Shown here piece by piece: positions 38,087 through 46,675 of a stretch of DNA of 64,000 nucleotides. The translations under genes were made by a program, and so were the position numbers. The notes below the pieces were generated by a model. It had not been told where the DNA came from. It saw only the letters and a list, made by a program, of their open reading frames with translations, and did no database searches. Location: NCBI GenBank assembly GCA_031396395.1, contig JANNKR010000059.1:2750-66749 (forward strand), in the 5' to 3' direction. How positions within the stretch are numbered: the first letter of the stretch is position 1; every line of letters starts with the position of its first letter. Source of the stretch: Betaproteobacteria bacterium. GTDB lineage: Bacteria > Pseudomonadota > Gammaproteobacteria > Burkholderiales > Casimicrobiaceae.

Positions 38087-38572
38087 TCACCTGCGGGTGG
38101 CGGACTTCGCAGCGCGCTTCACACGCTTGACAACCTTGGGCGTGCGGGTTGCCGTGGCGCGCTTGGCCTTGACCGTGCGCTTGACGCGCTTCACTGCCTT
38201 GGCACGCGTGGCTGGTTTCAGCATCGCGGGCAACGTCACCTTCGGCAGCGACTTCGGCAGATTGCTCTGCACGAGAGTGACGGCAGTATCCGCGGCTTGC
38301 TTGACCGTGGCCTGTACCGTCGTGCGCGCCTGTTTCCAGAACGTGTTGGCGACGGCAAACGAACCTTCGAGGCGATCGCCGACGAGGCGGATCGTCCGCG
38401 ATTCGACGGCCGTGCCTTCCTTGACCAGCGTGCGGAAGACATTGCTGGCTTCGGTTTGCGCCCATTCGCGCGTGACCACTGCGGCGCCGAGGCTGGCAAG
38501 CCACATCTGGCGGGAAGCGTTCATCACGGCATCGCCGACGGGGTTGAAACGGGTTTCGATGGTGGTGCGCAT
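38087..38572 (-). CDS. Phasin family protein with Lys/Arg-rich tail
   Basis: SRQMWLASLGA..FRTLVKEG; tail KAVKRVKRTVKAKR..KRVKRAAK; AGGAG RBS. Confidence 0.8.
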   Translation of the reverse strand: MRTTIETRFNPVGDAVMNASRQMWLASLGAAVVTREWAQTEASNVFRTLVKEGTAVESRTIRLVGDRLEGSFAVANTFWKQARTTVQATVKQAADTAVTLVQSNLPKSLPKVTLPAMLKPATRAKAVKRVKRTVKAKRATATRTPKVVKRVKRAAKSATRR

Positions 38573-38640
38573 GGTGAGTTCTCCTGTTGATGAAGTCACG
38601 CGTGCGGGGCACGCTTGAACACGAATTTACGCAGATCGTC

Positions 38641-38658
38641 TAGAGCAGTCACACTAAT
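38641..38658 (-). promoter_or_regulatory. Shared motif copy 2 (ATTAGTGTGACTGCTCTA on minus strand)
   Basis: About 68 bp upstream of phasin 2, same orientation relative to its gene as copy 1. Confidence 0.65.
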
Positions 38659-40298
38659 CGATACCGCGAAGGGGAAGCGGCTGCGGCGGGAGGCTTCAGC
38701 TGGGCGGCAAGTCCGGCGGCCAGGCGGGCCGCGAGTGCGTAGATCGAGAGCTGCGGATTGGCACCGATCGAAGTCGGGAACAGCGAACCATCCATCACAT
38801 GCAGATTGCGCAGGTGGTGATGCCGGCCGTCGACGTCGACGACGGCGCGGCGGGGATCAGGGCCGAGCGGTGCGCCGCCCATCACGTGGGCCGACACCAC
38901 GCGCGTGACGAGCGGCGCGAGTTCGAAGCCGCCGATGGCCGCTTTTGCCTGCGTGAAACTGCTGAAGGCAACGCCTGAGCCATGGCCCGGGCTGACGGAG
39001 GTTGCGCCGGCGGCAAACTGGATCTCCGCCATCGCCACGAAGGCACGGCGAACGCCGTCCCAGACGAACGGGGTCAACGGGTAGTCGAGGACCGGCGTGC
39101 CGTCGTCGCGCAAGTGCACGGTTCCGCCCGGACTGTCGGGATGAAAGCCGTCGCGCAGCAACGCTATCACGACCTGCAGGTGGCGGAATTGCTGCATCGA
39201 GCGTGCATGCGCCGCGCCATCCTCGGGCAGCGTGATGGCAGTGAGGATGGGATGCAGCGGTGGGGCCTCGAGCTTGTAGCCGATCGGACCATCGACCGGT
39301 TGAGTATCGAGAAAGTGGTCCGAGAAGATGGTTTGCGGCGCGCCGGCAAAGGCATCGATCGTGTCGGGCATCACGGCTGCCGAAACCACGGAGGGATGCA
39401 GGAACGTCCGGCGTCCGATCAGGGACAGTGGATCGGGCAGGCGGCTGCGCAGCAGCAGTCCCGGCGTGCCGATGGCGCCTGCCGCCGCCACAAAGGTCGT
39501 ACCGCGCAGGGTCACCCGATGTCCGGTGGACGCTGTACCGGCGGCATTCATCGCCCTCGCTTCGAGGGCCACCACGCGATCACCGCGCATGACGAAGCGT
39601 TCGGCACGCACGCGCGTCACCAGCGTCGCGCCCTTCGCCAGCGCCGCGGGAATGGTGGTCACCAGCATCGATTGCTTGGCATTCGTCGGACAGCCCATGC
39701 CGCAGTAGCCGAGGTTCCAGCAACCCTTCACATTGCGTCGGATGGCGGGTGCGGCGATCCCGATGCGGTGGGCGCCCCGCGCGAGCGCGCCGTTGTTGGC
39801 GTTGGGCGCCACTTCCCACGGCGCGATCGACAGCCGGGCCTCCATGCGCGAGAACCATGGCGCCAGCGCCGCTTCGGTGAACCCGGGCAGCCCGCAGTGT
39901 TCGCGCCAGTGGGCGAGCGTGGTGGGCGGCGTGCGGAACGAGCTGGTCCAGTTCACGGTGGTACCGCCGCCGACGCATCGGCCTTGCAGGATGTTGATGG
40001 CCTTGTCGCGCGTCTTGCGCGCGGCCGAGTCCATATAGAGCTGTGGATACGCCTCCGCTTCGAGCATGTTGAAATCACGTGAAGACTTGAGCGGACCTTC
40101 CTCGACCAGCAGCACGCGCAGCCCTGCGTCGGCCAGGATTTCGGCAGCAGTGCCGCCGCCGGCGCCGCTGCCGACGATGACGACATCGGCCTCGAGCGTG
40201 GTGGCGCCGGCGAGGGTGGCCGCGTCGACGATGCGCCATCCCGCGGTGGCTGCACCGGCCCACGGATCGATGATGGTGGAGGACGGACCTGCGCTCAT
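38649..40298 (-). CDS. GMC-family flavin oxidoreductase, LaoA-like long-chain alcohol oxidoreductase
   Basis: EADVVIVGSGAGGG, GRCVGGGTTVNWTSSFRTP, GCWNLGYCGMGCPTNAKQSML, SAHVMGG, FPTSIGANPQL. Confidence 0.85.
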   Translation of the reverse strand: MSAGPSSTIIDPWAGAATAGWRIVDAATLAGATTLEADVVIVGSGAGGGTAAEILADAGLRVLLVEEGPLKSSRDFNMLEAEAYPQLYMDSAARKTRDKAINILQGRCVGGGTTVNWTSSFRTPPTTLAHWREHCGLPGFTEAALAPWFSRMEARLSIAPWEVAPNANNGALARGAHRIGIAAPAIRRNVKGCWNLGYCGMGCPTNAKQSMLVTTIPAALAKGATLVTRVRAERFVMRGDRVVALEARAMNAAGTASTGHRVTLRGTTFVAAAGAIGTPGLLLRSRLPDPLSLIGRRTFLHPSVVSAAVMPDTIDAFAGAPQTIFSDHFLDTQPVDGPIGYKLEAPPLHPILTAITLPEDGAAHARSMQQFRHLQVVIALLRDGFHPDSPGGTVHLRDDGTPVLDYPLTPFVWDGVRRAFVAMAEIQFAAGATSVSPGHGSGVAFSSFTQAKAAIGGFELAPLVTRVVSAHVMGGAPLGPDPRRAVVDVDGRHHHLRNLHVMDGSLFPTSIGANPQLSIYALAARLAAGLAAQLKPPAAAASPSRYRLV

Positions 40299-40831
40299 GC
40301 GAGCACCGGCGGCCCGGGGTAGCCGATCGCGACCCAGGATCTTGGATTGCCGTACCAGGCGGCAAAGGTCAGCTGGTGCAGGGCACCGTAGGCAGAGCGG
40401 AGCAGCAACAGTGAACTGTCGCGCATGCGGTCGAGGCACAAGCGCACCTGGTCGGGTGCGGCCTGCCGCCATGGGGCATCGATGCGCGCCACCGCAATGC
40501 GCACCGGTGGCAGCGACAGCAGGTCGAAGAGTTGCGCCAGTTCGGCCTGTGCCGCGGCAGGCAGGCCACCGACGGCGACCTCCAGCGCAGCAAGCGTCTC
40601 GTCCACAGCGGCGGCCTGCGCGGCGGGCTCCTTCGGCAGGGCGCCGGCGAGTATGACCGGCACGATGGCACGGAGGATGTCGATGCCGTCGGCGGAAATG
40701 TACGATGGCGCAACGCCATGGGCGGGCAACCGCGGGCGCCGCAGCCATCCCGCGACGACCAGGGCGCCGGCGCCAACGACGCCGGCGGCGATGAACGCGC
40801 GACGACCCGGCTTGAGTGGTGAATTCGGCAC
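40295..40831 (-). CDS. Twin-arginine-signal small partner protein (LaoB-like)
   Basis: GRRAFIAAGVVG signal; AELAQLFDLL, LLRSAYGALHQL..WY..GYPGPP; ATGA overlap with the GMC gene; start uncertain. Confidence 0.75.
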   Translation of the reverse strand: MPNSPLKPGRRAFIAAGVVGAGALVVAGWLRRPRLPAHGVAPSYISADGIDILRAIVPVILAGALPKEPAAQAAAVDETLAALEVAVGGLPAAAQAELAQLFDLLSLPPVRIAVARIDAPWRQAAPDQVRLCLDRMRDSSLLLLRSAYGALHQLTFAAWYGNPRSWVAIGYPGPPVLA

Positions 40832-40855
40832 AGGCAGACGATAGGCATGCCCCCG

Positions 40856-40873
40856 TAGAGCAAACAATCTAAT
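40856..40873 (-). promoter_or_regulatory. Shared motif copy 3 (ATTAGATTGTTTGCTCTA on minus strand)
   Basis: In the divergent region upstream of the laoB-like gene. Confidence 0.65.
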
Positions 40874-40929
40874 GCACCGCGCGGTGCCTGCTAGACTTCA
40901 CCTTGTCGCATCGCGCGGTAACGCGTTCC

Positions 40930-41685
40930 ATGGCCGAAACCATCGCCGCAAGCGCCGCTCAAGGCGCCCTCATCCGTGAGCTCGAACGTGTGGCGCGCCT
41001 GCACGGCGAACGCGTGGACAACCCCATCCTCGCCGGCGCATTGAATCGCGTTGCGCTTTGGCAGTCGCGCCGATTGCGCATGACTTATGCGGACCTGGCC
41101 GTGGATCGGCGGTACGCCAAGGCGGTCGAGTTCTTCCAGAACGATCTCTATGGCGCAGGGGACTTCTCCCGTCGCGATGCCGACCTGGCGCGCGTGGTCC
41201 CGGTCATGGTGAAGGTACTGCCGGCGGGCGTGATCAATACGATGGCGCAGGCGGTGGAATTGAATGCGTTGTCACAGGAGCTTGATCGTGCGCTGCTGTC
41301 GCGATTGCCGCGCGCCGACGGCCACCTGACCGTCGCCGATTACTGCAGGTCGTACCGCCGTGCCGGCAACATTCCGCTGCGGCGTCGTCAGATCGGCCTC
41401 ATCGTCGAGGTGGGGAGTGCGCTCGACCGCTATGTGGGGAAGCCGCTGATTCGTGGCGCGCTGGCCATGATGCGGCAGCCGGCGAGGATGGCCGGCCTCG
41501 GCGCCCTGCAGGACTTTCTGGAGCGCGGCTTCTCGTCGTTTCGCAGCATGGGTGGGGCCGTGACGTTTCTCGACACGGTGCAGACCCGCGAAACGGAAAT
41601 TCTGGAAGCGATCGTCGGTGGCGCGGTCGATGTGTTTCCCGATCCGCTGACGTTTCGCGCGCCCGAACCGGTTGCGCCGCGCTGA
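40930..41685 (+). CDS. Conserved hypothetical protein (FFLEELY-motif-like)
   Basis: WQSRRLRMTYADL..YAKAVEFFQNDLYG, LQDFLERGF. Confidence 0.7.
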   Translation: MAETIAASAAQGALIRELERVARLHGERVDNPILAGALNRVALWQSRRLRMTYADLAVDRRYAKAVEFFQNDLYGAGDFSRRDADLARVVPVMVKVLPAGVINTMAQAVELNALSQELDRALLSRLPRADGHLTVADYCRSYRRAGNIPLRRRQIGLIVEVGSALDRYVGKPLIRGALAMMRQPARMAGLGALQDFLERGFSSFRSMGGAVTFLDTVQTRETEILEAIVGGAVDVFPDPLTFRAPEPVAPR

Positions 41686-41715
41686 TCGTCCGGAGGATCG
41701 GGATCGCGCCGTCGA

Positions 41716-41997
41716 TCAGGGCTTGCCGATCAGCTTGTCGAACTGCAGGTGGATTTCCTTTTCGAACGCCGGCTTGAGCGGCGTCAGCAACCAGCCGAGG
41801 TTCACGTCGAGGTGAAAGCGGTCCTTGGCCACCAGCAGGCGGCCAGTGACGCCGGGGCGCTCGAACTCGACCTCCTCGCCATCCCATTCGTATTCGAGTT
41901 CGAAGCGCTTGCGCAGATCCTTGGCGATCTTTTCGGCGACATCGCGGGCCTTCTTGTGTGACAGCGTATGCGTGCGGATGATCTTGATCGTGGCCAT
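41716..41997 (-). CDS. Polyhydroxyalkanoate granule region protein (PHA_gran_rgn-like)
   Basis: MATIKIIRTHTL..AEKIAKDL..FELEYEWDG..FERPGVTG..LGWLLTPLK; GGAGG RBS. Confidence 0.85.
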   Translation of the reverse strand: MATIKIIRTHTLSHKKARDVAEKIAKDLRKRFELEYEWDGEEVEFERPGVTGRLLVAKDRFHLDVNLGWLLTPLKPAFEKEIHLQFDKLIGKP

Positions 41998-42164
41998 CGG
42001 TGCCTTCCTCCCAGCCGCGGAGTATAGCCAACGCGCGCATTGGCGTCCCATGGATTGTAGGCGCGCACGCAGGCACAATCGCTGCGCGAACAAGACGCTG
42101 CAGGTTTGAGGTGCAATCGTGGGGGGGGGGGCCTGCCGCGGCAGCGGCGAGTGATGCGCAGCGC

Positions 42165-43085
42165 TCAGGCGCGCCGTCCCATGGCAATCGCAGCGATCAC
42201 GAGGCCTGCGCTGATGTAGGTTGCGGTCGTCACCGGTTCGGCCAGCAACCACGCCGACGCGAAGATCGTCAGGAACGGCTGCAGCAGTTGCGTCTGCCCG
42301 ACGGCGGCGATGCCTCCCACCGCAAGGCCGCGGTACCAGACGAAGAATCCCAGGAATTGCGAAATGACCGCGACATAGGCGAACGCAGCCCATGCCTGCC
42401 ACGGCGCCGCGAGACTGCGGCTGTCGAAGGTGAGCCAGGTCGGGATCACGACAAATGGCGCGGCCAGGATCAGCACCCAGCAGATGACCTGCCAGCCGCC
42501 GAGAATGCGGGCAAGGCGCGCGCCTTCGGCATAGCCGATAGCAGCCGCGGCCACCGCGCCGGCGAGCAGGAGGTCGGCCGGCTGCAGCGCGCCGCCGCCC
42601 TCCCAGAGGGCGAAGACCATCACGACCGCGCTGCCGACGCCAGCCCAGATCCAGAATCGGCGCCGCGGCCTCTCGTGCGCCAGCCATGCGCCGGCCAATG
42701 CGGTGGCGAGTGGCAACAGGCCTGCGACCACCGCCCCGTGGGACGCGGGCACATGGCGCATCGCGAATGCCGTCAATACGGGCCATCCTGCCACCACGCC
42801 CAACGCGACCACGCCCAACCGCGGCCATAGCGCGCGCCGGGGTATCGGCGTCCGCGTGGCGGCCAGCACGATGGCGGCCAGCACCGCCGCCACCAGGGCG
42901 CGACCGAGGCCGACAAACACCGGATCGAGCCACGTCACCGCGAGCCGGGTGGCCGGAAGTGTGCCGCTGAACGCGACCACGGCGAGCAGTCCAAGCCAGA
43001 GGCCGAGGTTGCGATTGGCTGCGGTCGGAACGTAGGCGACGCCTGGCGCAGATACGCTGGGCAGGACCGGCTGGCGGGAGGGCAT
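42165..43085 (-). CDS. DMT/EamA family transporter
   Basis: FSGTLPATR, SQFLGFFVWYRGL, QLLQPF; 10 TM. Confidence 0.9.
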   Translation of the reverse strand: MPSRQPVLPSVSAPGVAYVPTAANRNLGLWLGLLAVVAFSGTLPATRLAVTWLDPVFVGLGRALVAAVLAAIVLAATRTPIPRRALWPRLGVVALGVVAGWPVLTAFAMRHVPASHGAVVAGLLPLATALAGAWLAHERPRRRFWIWAGVGSAVVMVFALWEGGGALQPADLLLAGAVAAAAIGYAEGARLARILGGWQVICWVLILAAPFVVIPTWLTFDSRSLAAPWQAWAAFAYVAVISQFLGFFVWYRGLAVGGIAAVGQTQLLQPFLTIFASAWLLAEPVTTATYISAGLVIAAIAMGRRA

Positions 43086-43272
43086 GGTGACGAAATTGTA
43101 TCCGACCGATTTTATCAACTAAGGGCGGCCGCTCGGGGTGACGGCGCCTGGCGCCAACGGGCCATCGTGCAACGTCAGGTGCCGCGCGGGCCCGGGTCCA
43201 TAAGATACGGAGCGCCGCGGCCGACCGATGGTTGGCCCAATCCACGCCAGACCGGAATGGACGCCTTGGGAC

Positions 43273-43319
43273 TTGACAACTACATTCGATCAAACATAGG
43301 ATTAAAACAGTTGTTTGAA
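43273..43319 (+). promoter_or_regulatory. sigma70 promoter with PsrA-type operator
   Basis: TTGACA(43273)-N18-TAGGAT(43297); AAAC-AGTT-GTTT palindrome within TTAAAACAGTTGTTTGAA (43302-43319). Confidence 0.7.
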
Positions 43320-43352
43320 TACTCCGTTTCCAGGCATCCGTTTCGAGGACCA

Positions 43353-44075
43353 ATGGACACCAACGTTGTTGCCATTCCCGAGCTGCGCGGTGCCGCCGCG
43401 ACCAAGGTGCGCCTGCTCGACGCGGCCGAGTCCCTGTTCATGGAGCATGGCTTCGAAGCCACCAGCTTGCGCTTGATCACGGCAGCCGCGGGCGCCAATC
43501 TGGCGGCCGCGAATTATCACTTCGGCAGCAAGGAAGCGATGTTCGAAGCGGTGCTGACCCGGCGGCTTGATCCGATGAACCAGGAGCGGGTCGAGCTGCT
43601 GGATCGTTTCGAGCGCGAAAGCGCGCCGATGCCGCTTGGTTGCGATCGCATTCTCGCCGCCCTGTTCATTCCGGCGCTGCGGCTGGCGCGTGATCCGGCA
43701 CTGGGCGGCAACAATTTCCTGCGCCTGCTGGGGCGCGCCTACGCCGATCCGGCGCCGTTCATCCGGCGCTTCCTGTCGGAGCAGTACGCGCTGATGATCG
43801 CCCGTTTCAAGGCGGCGTTCGGGCGCGCCTTGCCGCATCTGTCGAAGAAAGAGCTGTCGTGGCGCTTGCACTTCATCATGGGCGCGCTGTCGTACACGCT
43901 GGCTGGTACCGACGCGCTCAAGATCATTTCCGAATTGAACCCGCTCGCCACGGACAACGACGAAATACTGCTGCGCCGGCTCGCCCCGTTCCTGCTGGCC
44001 GGCCTCACCGCGCCATTGCCTGATTTATCCGACGTGACCCGCGAGTTCGATGCCGAAATCGAACGCGGCCGCTGA
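43353..44075 (+). CDS. TetR-family fatty-acid degradation regulator (PsrA-like)
   Basis: TKVRLLDAAESLF..GFEATSLRLIT..NLAAANYHFGSKEA; heads the fad operon. Confidence 0.88.
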   Translation: MDTNVVAIPELRGAAATKVRLLDAAESLFMEHGFEATSLRLITAAAGANLAAANYHFGSKEAMFEAVLTRRLDPMNQERVELLDRFERESAPMPLGCDRILAALFIPALRLARDPALGGNNFLRLLGRAYADPAPFIRRFLSEQYALMIARFKAAFGRALPHLSKKELSWRLHFIMGALSYTLAGTDALKIISELNPLATDNDEILLRRLAPFLLAGLTAPLPDLSDVTREFDAEIERGR

Positions 44076-44138
44076 TACACCGTACCCCCTGCGGGCAGGT
44101 CGCGCACCGCGCACCGCCTGCCGCCAAGGAGCTTTGCC

Positions 44139-46655
44139 ATGCTGACTTTGTTCTGGTTCGTCACCGTCACCGCCGGGTTGCTGGCGCTGGCCTACGTCAA
44201 TGCGTCGGGTCGTGGCTGGGCCGCCGGCATTGCCGCCGCGCTCGGGCTGTCGTGGGGACTCGGTGCGCTGCCGCTGGCGCTGAACCTGGTGCTCACCGTC
44301 ATCTTCATCGCGCTAGGCATTGCGCTGGCGATCCCCTCGCTACGGCGCCGCCTCATCAGCGATGCGGTACTGGGGATGTTCCGCAAGGTGATGCCGGCGA
44401 TGTCGCAGACGGAACGCGAGGCGATCGAGGCGGGTACGGTGTGGTGGGACGGCGAACTGTTTTCGGGACGCCCGAACTGGAACCGACTGCTGCAAACACC
44501 GCTGTCCGCGCTCACGGCGGAAGAACAGCGTTTCATCGACCACGAAACCGAGGCACTGTGCGCGCTGACCAGCGACTGGGAGACCACCAACGTCCACAAG
44601 GACCTGCCGCCGCACGTCTGGCAGTTCGTGAAGGAAAAGGGATTCCTCGGGATGATCATTCCGAAGGCCTACGGCGGACTCGGCTTCTCGGCCTGGGCGC
44701 ACTCACAGGTCGTGAACAAGCTCTCCACGCGATCCGGGACGGTGGCGGTCACCGTGATGGTGCCCAACTCGCTCGGGCCGGGTGAACTGCTGCTGCATTA
44801 CGGCACCGACGCGCAGAAGCAGTACTACCTGCCCCGGTTGGCCCGCGGCCTCGAGATTCCATGTTTCGCATTGACCAATCCCAATGCCGGTTCGGATGCC
44901 GCGGCCATTCCCGACTATGCCCACGTGTGCTGGGGCGAGCACGAGGGGAAGCGCGTGCTTGGACTGTCAGTGACCTGGGACAAGCGCTACATTACGCTGG
45001 GCCCGGTGGCAACGCTGCTCGGCCTCGCGTTTCGTGTCTACGACCGTGACAAGCTGCTGGGCGACAAGGAGGATCTCGGCATCACCTGCGCGCTGATCCC
45101 GGCGTCGCATCCGGGCGTGCAGATAGGCCGTCGGCACATGCCGCTCAATGCCGTGTTCCAGAACGGCCCCAACTCGGGCAAGGACGTGTTCATTCCGCTC
45201 GACTGGGTGATCGGTGGGCGGCCGATGATCGGACAAGGCTGGCGGATGCTGATGGAGTGCCTGGCGACGGGACGTGGCATTTCGTTGCCTTCGTCGAACA
45301 CGGGCATGTCGATGCTGGCGGTGCGCGCGGTGGGCGGCTATGCGCGCGTGCGCACGCAGTTCAAGACCGCGATCGGCAAGTTCGAAGGCATCGAGGAAGC
45401 GCTGGCCCGGATGGGCGGCAACCTCTACATGATGGACGCCACGCGCATGCTGACCGCGGCGGCGATCGACCTCGGCGAAAAGCCGGCCGTGGCCTCGGCC
45501 ATCGCCAAGTATCACATCACCGAGCGCGCGCGCCAGACGATCAACGATGGCATGGACGTGATCGGCGGCAAGGGCATCTGCATGGGTCCGTCGAACTTCC
45601 TCGGTGGCGCCTACATGCAGCATCCGGTGGCGATCACGGTGGAGGGCGCCAACATCCTGACCCGCAGCCTCATCATCTTCGGGCAGGGCGCCATTCGCTG
45701 CCATCCATTCGTGCTGAAGGAAATCGCCGCCACGCGGGAAACGGACCGGGAGCGCGCGTCAGTGGCCTTTGACGACGCATTGTTCGGGCACATCCGCTTC
45801 ACCATCGCGAGCCTTGCGCGCACCTTCGTCACCGGCATCACCGGTTCGCATTTCGTGCGCGTCCCGCAGGACGTGGCGCCGGAAACGCGCCGCTACTACC
45901 AGCAGCTCACCCGCTTCTCGGCCGCGCTCGCGTTTCTCGCTGACGTGTCGATGGGCACGCTGGGCGGCGCGTTGAAGCGCAAGGAGAAGCTGTCGGCCCG
46001 GCTGGGCGACATCCTGTCGCTCATGTACCTGTGCTCGGCGACGCTGAAGCGCTTCGAGGCCGAGGGCCGCCAGGAAGCCGACGCCCCGCTGATGCACTGG
46101 TCGATCTGGGATGCGATGTTCCGGATCCAGGGCGCGTTCGAAGGCGTCATCTCCAATTTTCCGAACCGGTTCATCGCCATCGCGTTGCGCCTGATAGTGT
46201 TTCCGCTGGGCCGGCCCTATGTCACCCCGTCGGACCAGCTCGGGCACGAGGTCGCGCGGCTGCTGATCGCGCCGTCGGCCACGCGTGACCGCCTGACGGC
46301 GGGCACGTACATCGGCACCGGCGAGAACGATCCGGTGCGGCTGATCGAGCGCGCACTTGACGCGACCGTGGTGGTCGAACCCATCGAAGCGAAGCTGAAG
46401 GCCGCGATCCGCGAGGAGCGGATGGACGGACGCCTGCCGCCAGGCGCCGGCAGCGAGATCCTGGCGATGCGCGGCGTCGAGGCCGGCGTGATCGATGCGG
46501 GCGAAGCGCGTGCGCTGATCACCCAGCGCGAACTGGTGGCACGCGTGATCAAGGTCGACGACTTCGACCAGGATCTTGGCGCCACGCTGCTGCAGCCGGC
46601 GATCGACGCCGTGCGGCCGCGCGCCGATCCGGCGATACGCCGCGTCGCGGCCTGA
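44139..46655 (+). CDS. fadE: Acyl-CoA dehydrogenase (FadE type, large)
   Basis: SQTEREAIEAG..WWDGELFSG, MVPNSLGPGELL, CFALT, GRGISLP, ITVEGANILTR. Confidence 0.95.
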   Translation: MLTLFWFVTVTAGLLALAYVNASGRGWAAGIAAALGLSWGLGALPLALNLVLTVIFIALGIALAIPSLRRRLISDAVLGMFRKVMPAMSQTEREAIEAGTVWWDGELFSGRPNWNRLLQTPLSALTAEEQRFIDHETEALCALTSDWETTNVHKDLPPHVWQFVKEKGFLGMIIPKAYGGLGFSAWAHSQVVNKLSTRSGTVAVTVMVPNSLGPGELLLHYGTDAQKQYYLPRLARGLEIPCFALTNPNAGSDAAAIPDYAHVCWGEHEGKRVLGLSVTWDKRYITLGPVATLLGLAFRVYDRDKLLGDKEDLGITCALIPASHPGVQIGRRHMPLNAVFQNGPNSGKDVFIPLDWVIGGRPMIGQGWRMLMECLATGRGISLPSSNTGMSMLAVRAVGGYARVRTQFKTAIGKFEGIEEALARMGGNLYMMDATRMLTAAAIDLGEKPAVASAIAKYHITERARQTINDGMDVIGGKGICMGPSNFLGGAYMQHPVAITVEGANILTRSLIIFGQGAIRCHPFVLKEIAATRETDRERASVAFDDALFGHIRFTIASLARTFVTGITGSHFVRVPQDVAPETRRYYQQLTRFSAALAFLADVSMGTLGGALKRKEKLSARLGDILSLMYLCSATLKRFEAEGRQEADAPLMHWSIWDAMFRIQGAFEGVISNFPNRFIAIALRLIVFPLGRPYVTPSDQLGHEVARLLIAPSATRDRLTAGTYIGTGENDPVRLIERALDATVVVEPIEAKLKAAIREERMDGRLPPGAGSEILAMRGVEAGVIDAGEARALITQRELVARVIKVDDFDQDLGATLLQPAIDAVRPRADPAIRRVAA

Positions 46656-46675
46656 AGCGAAGGCGGACGCAATCC

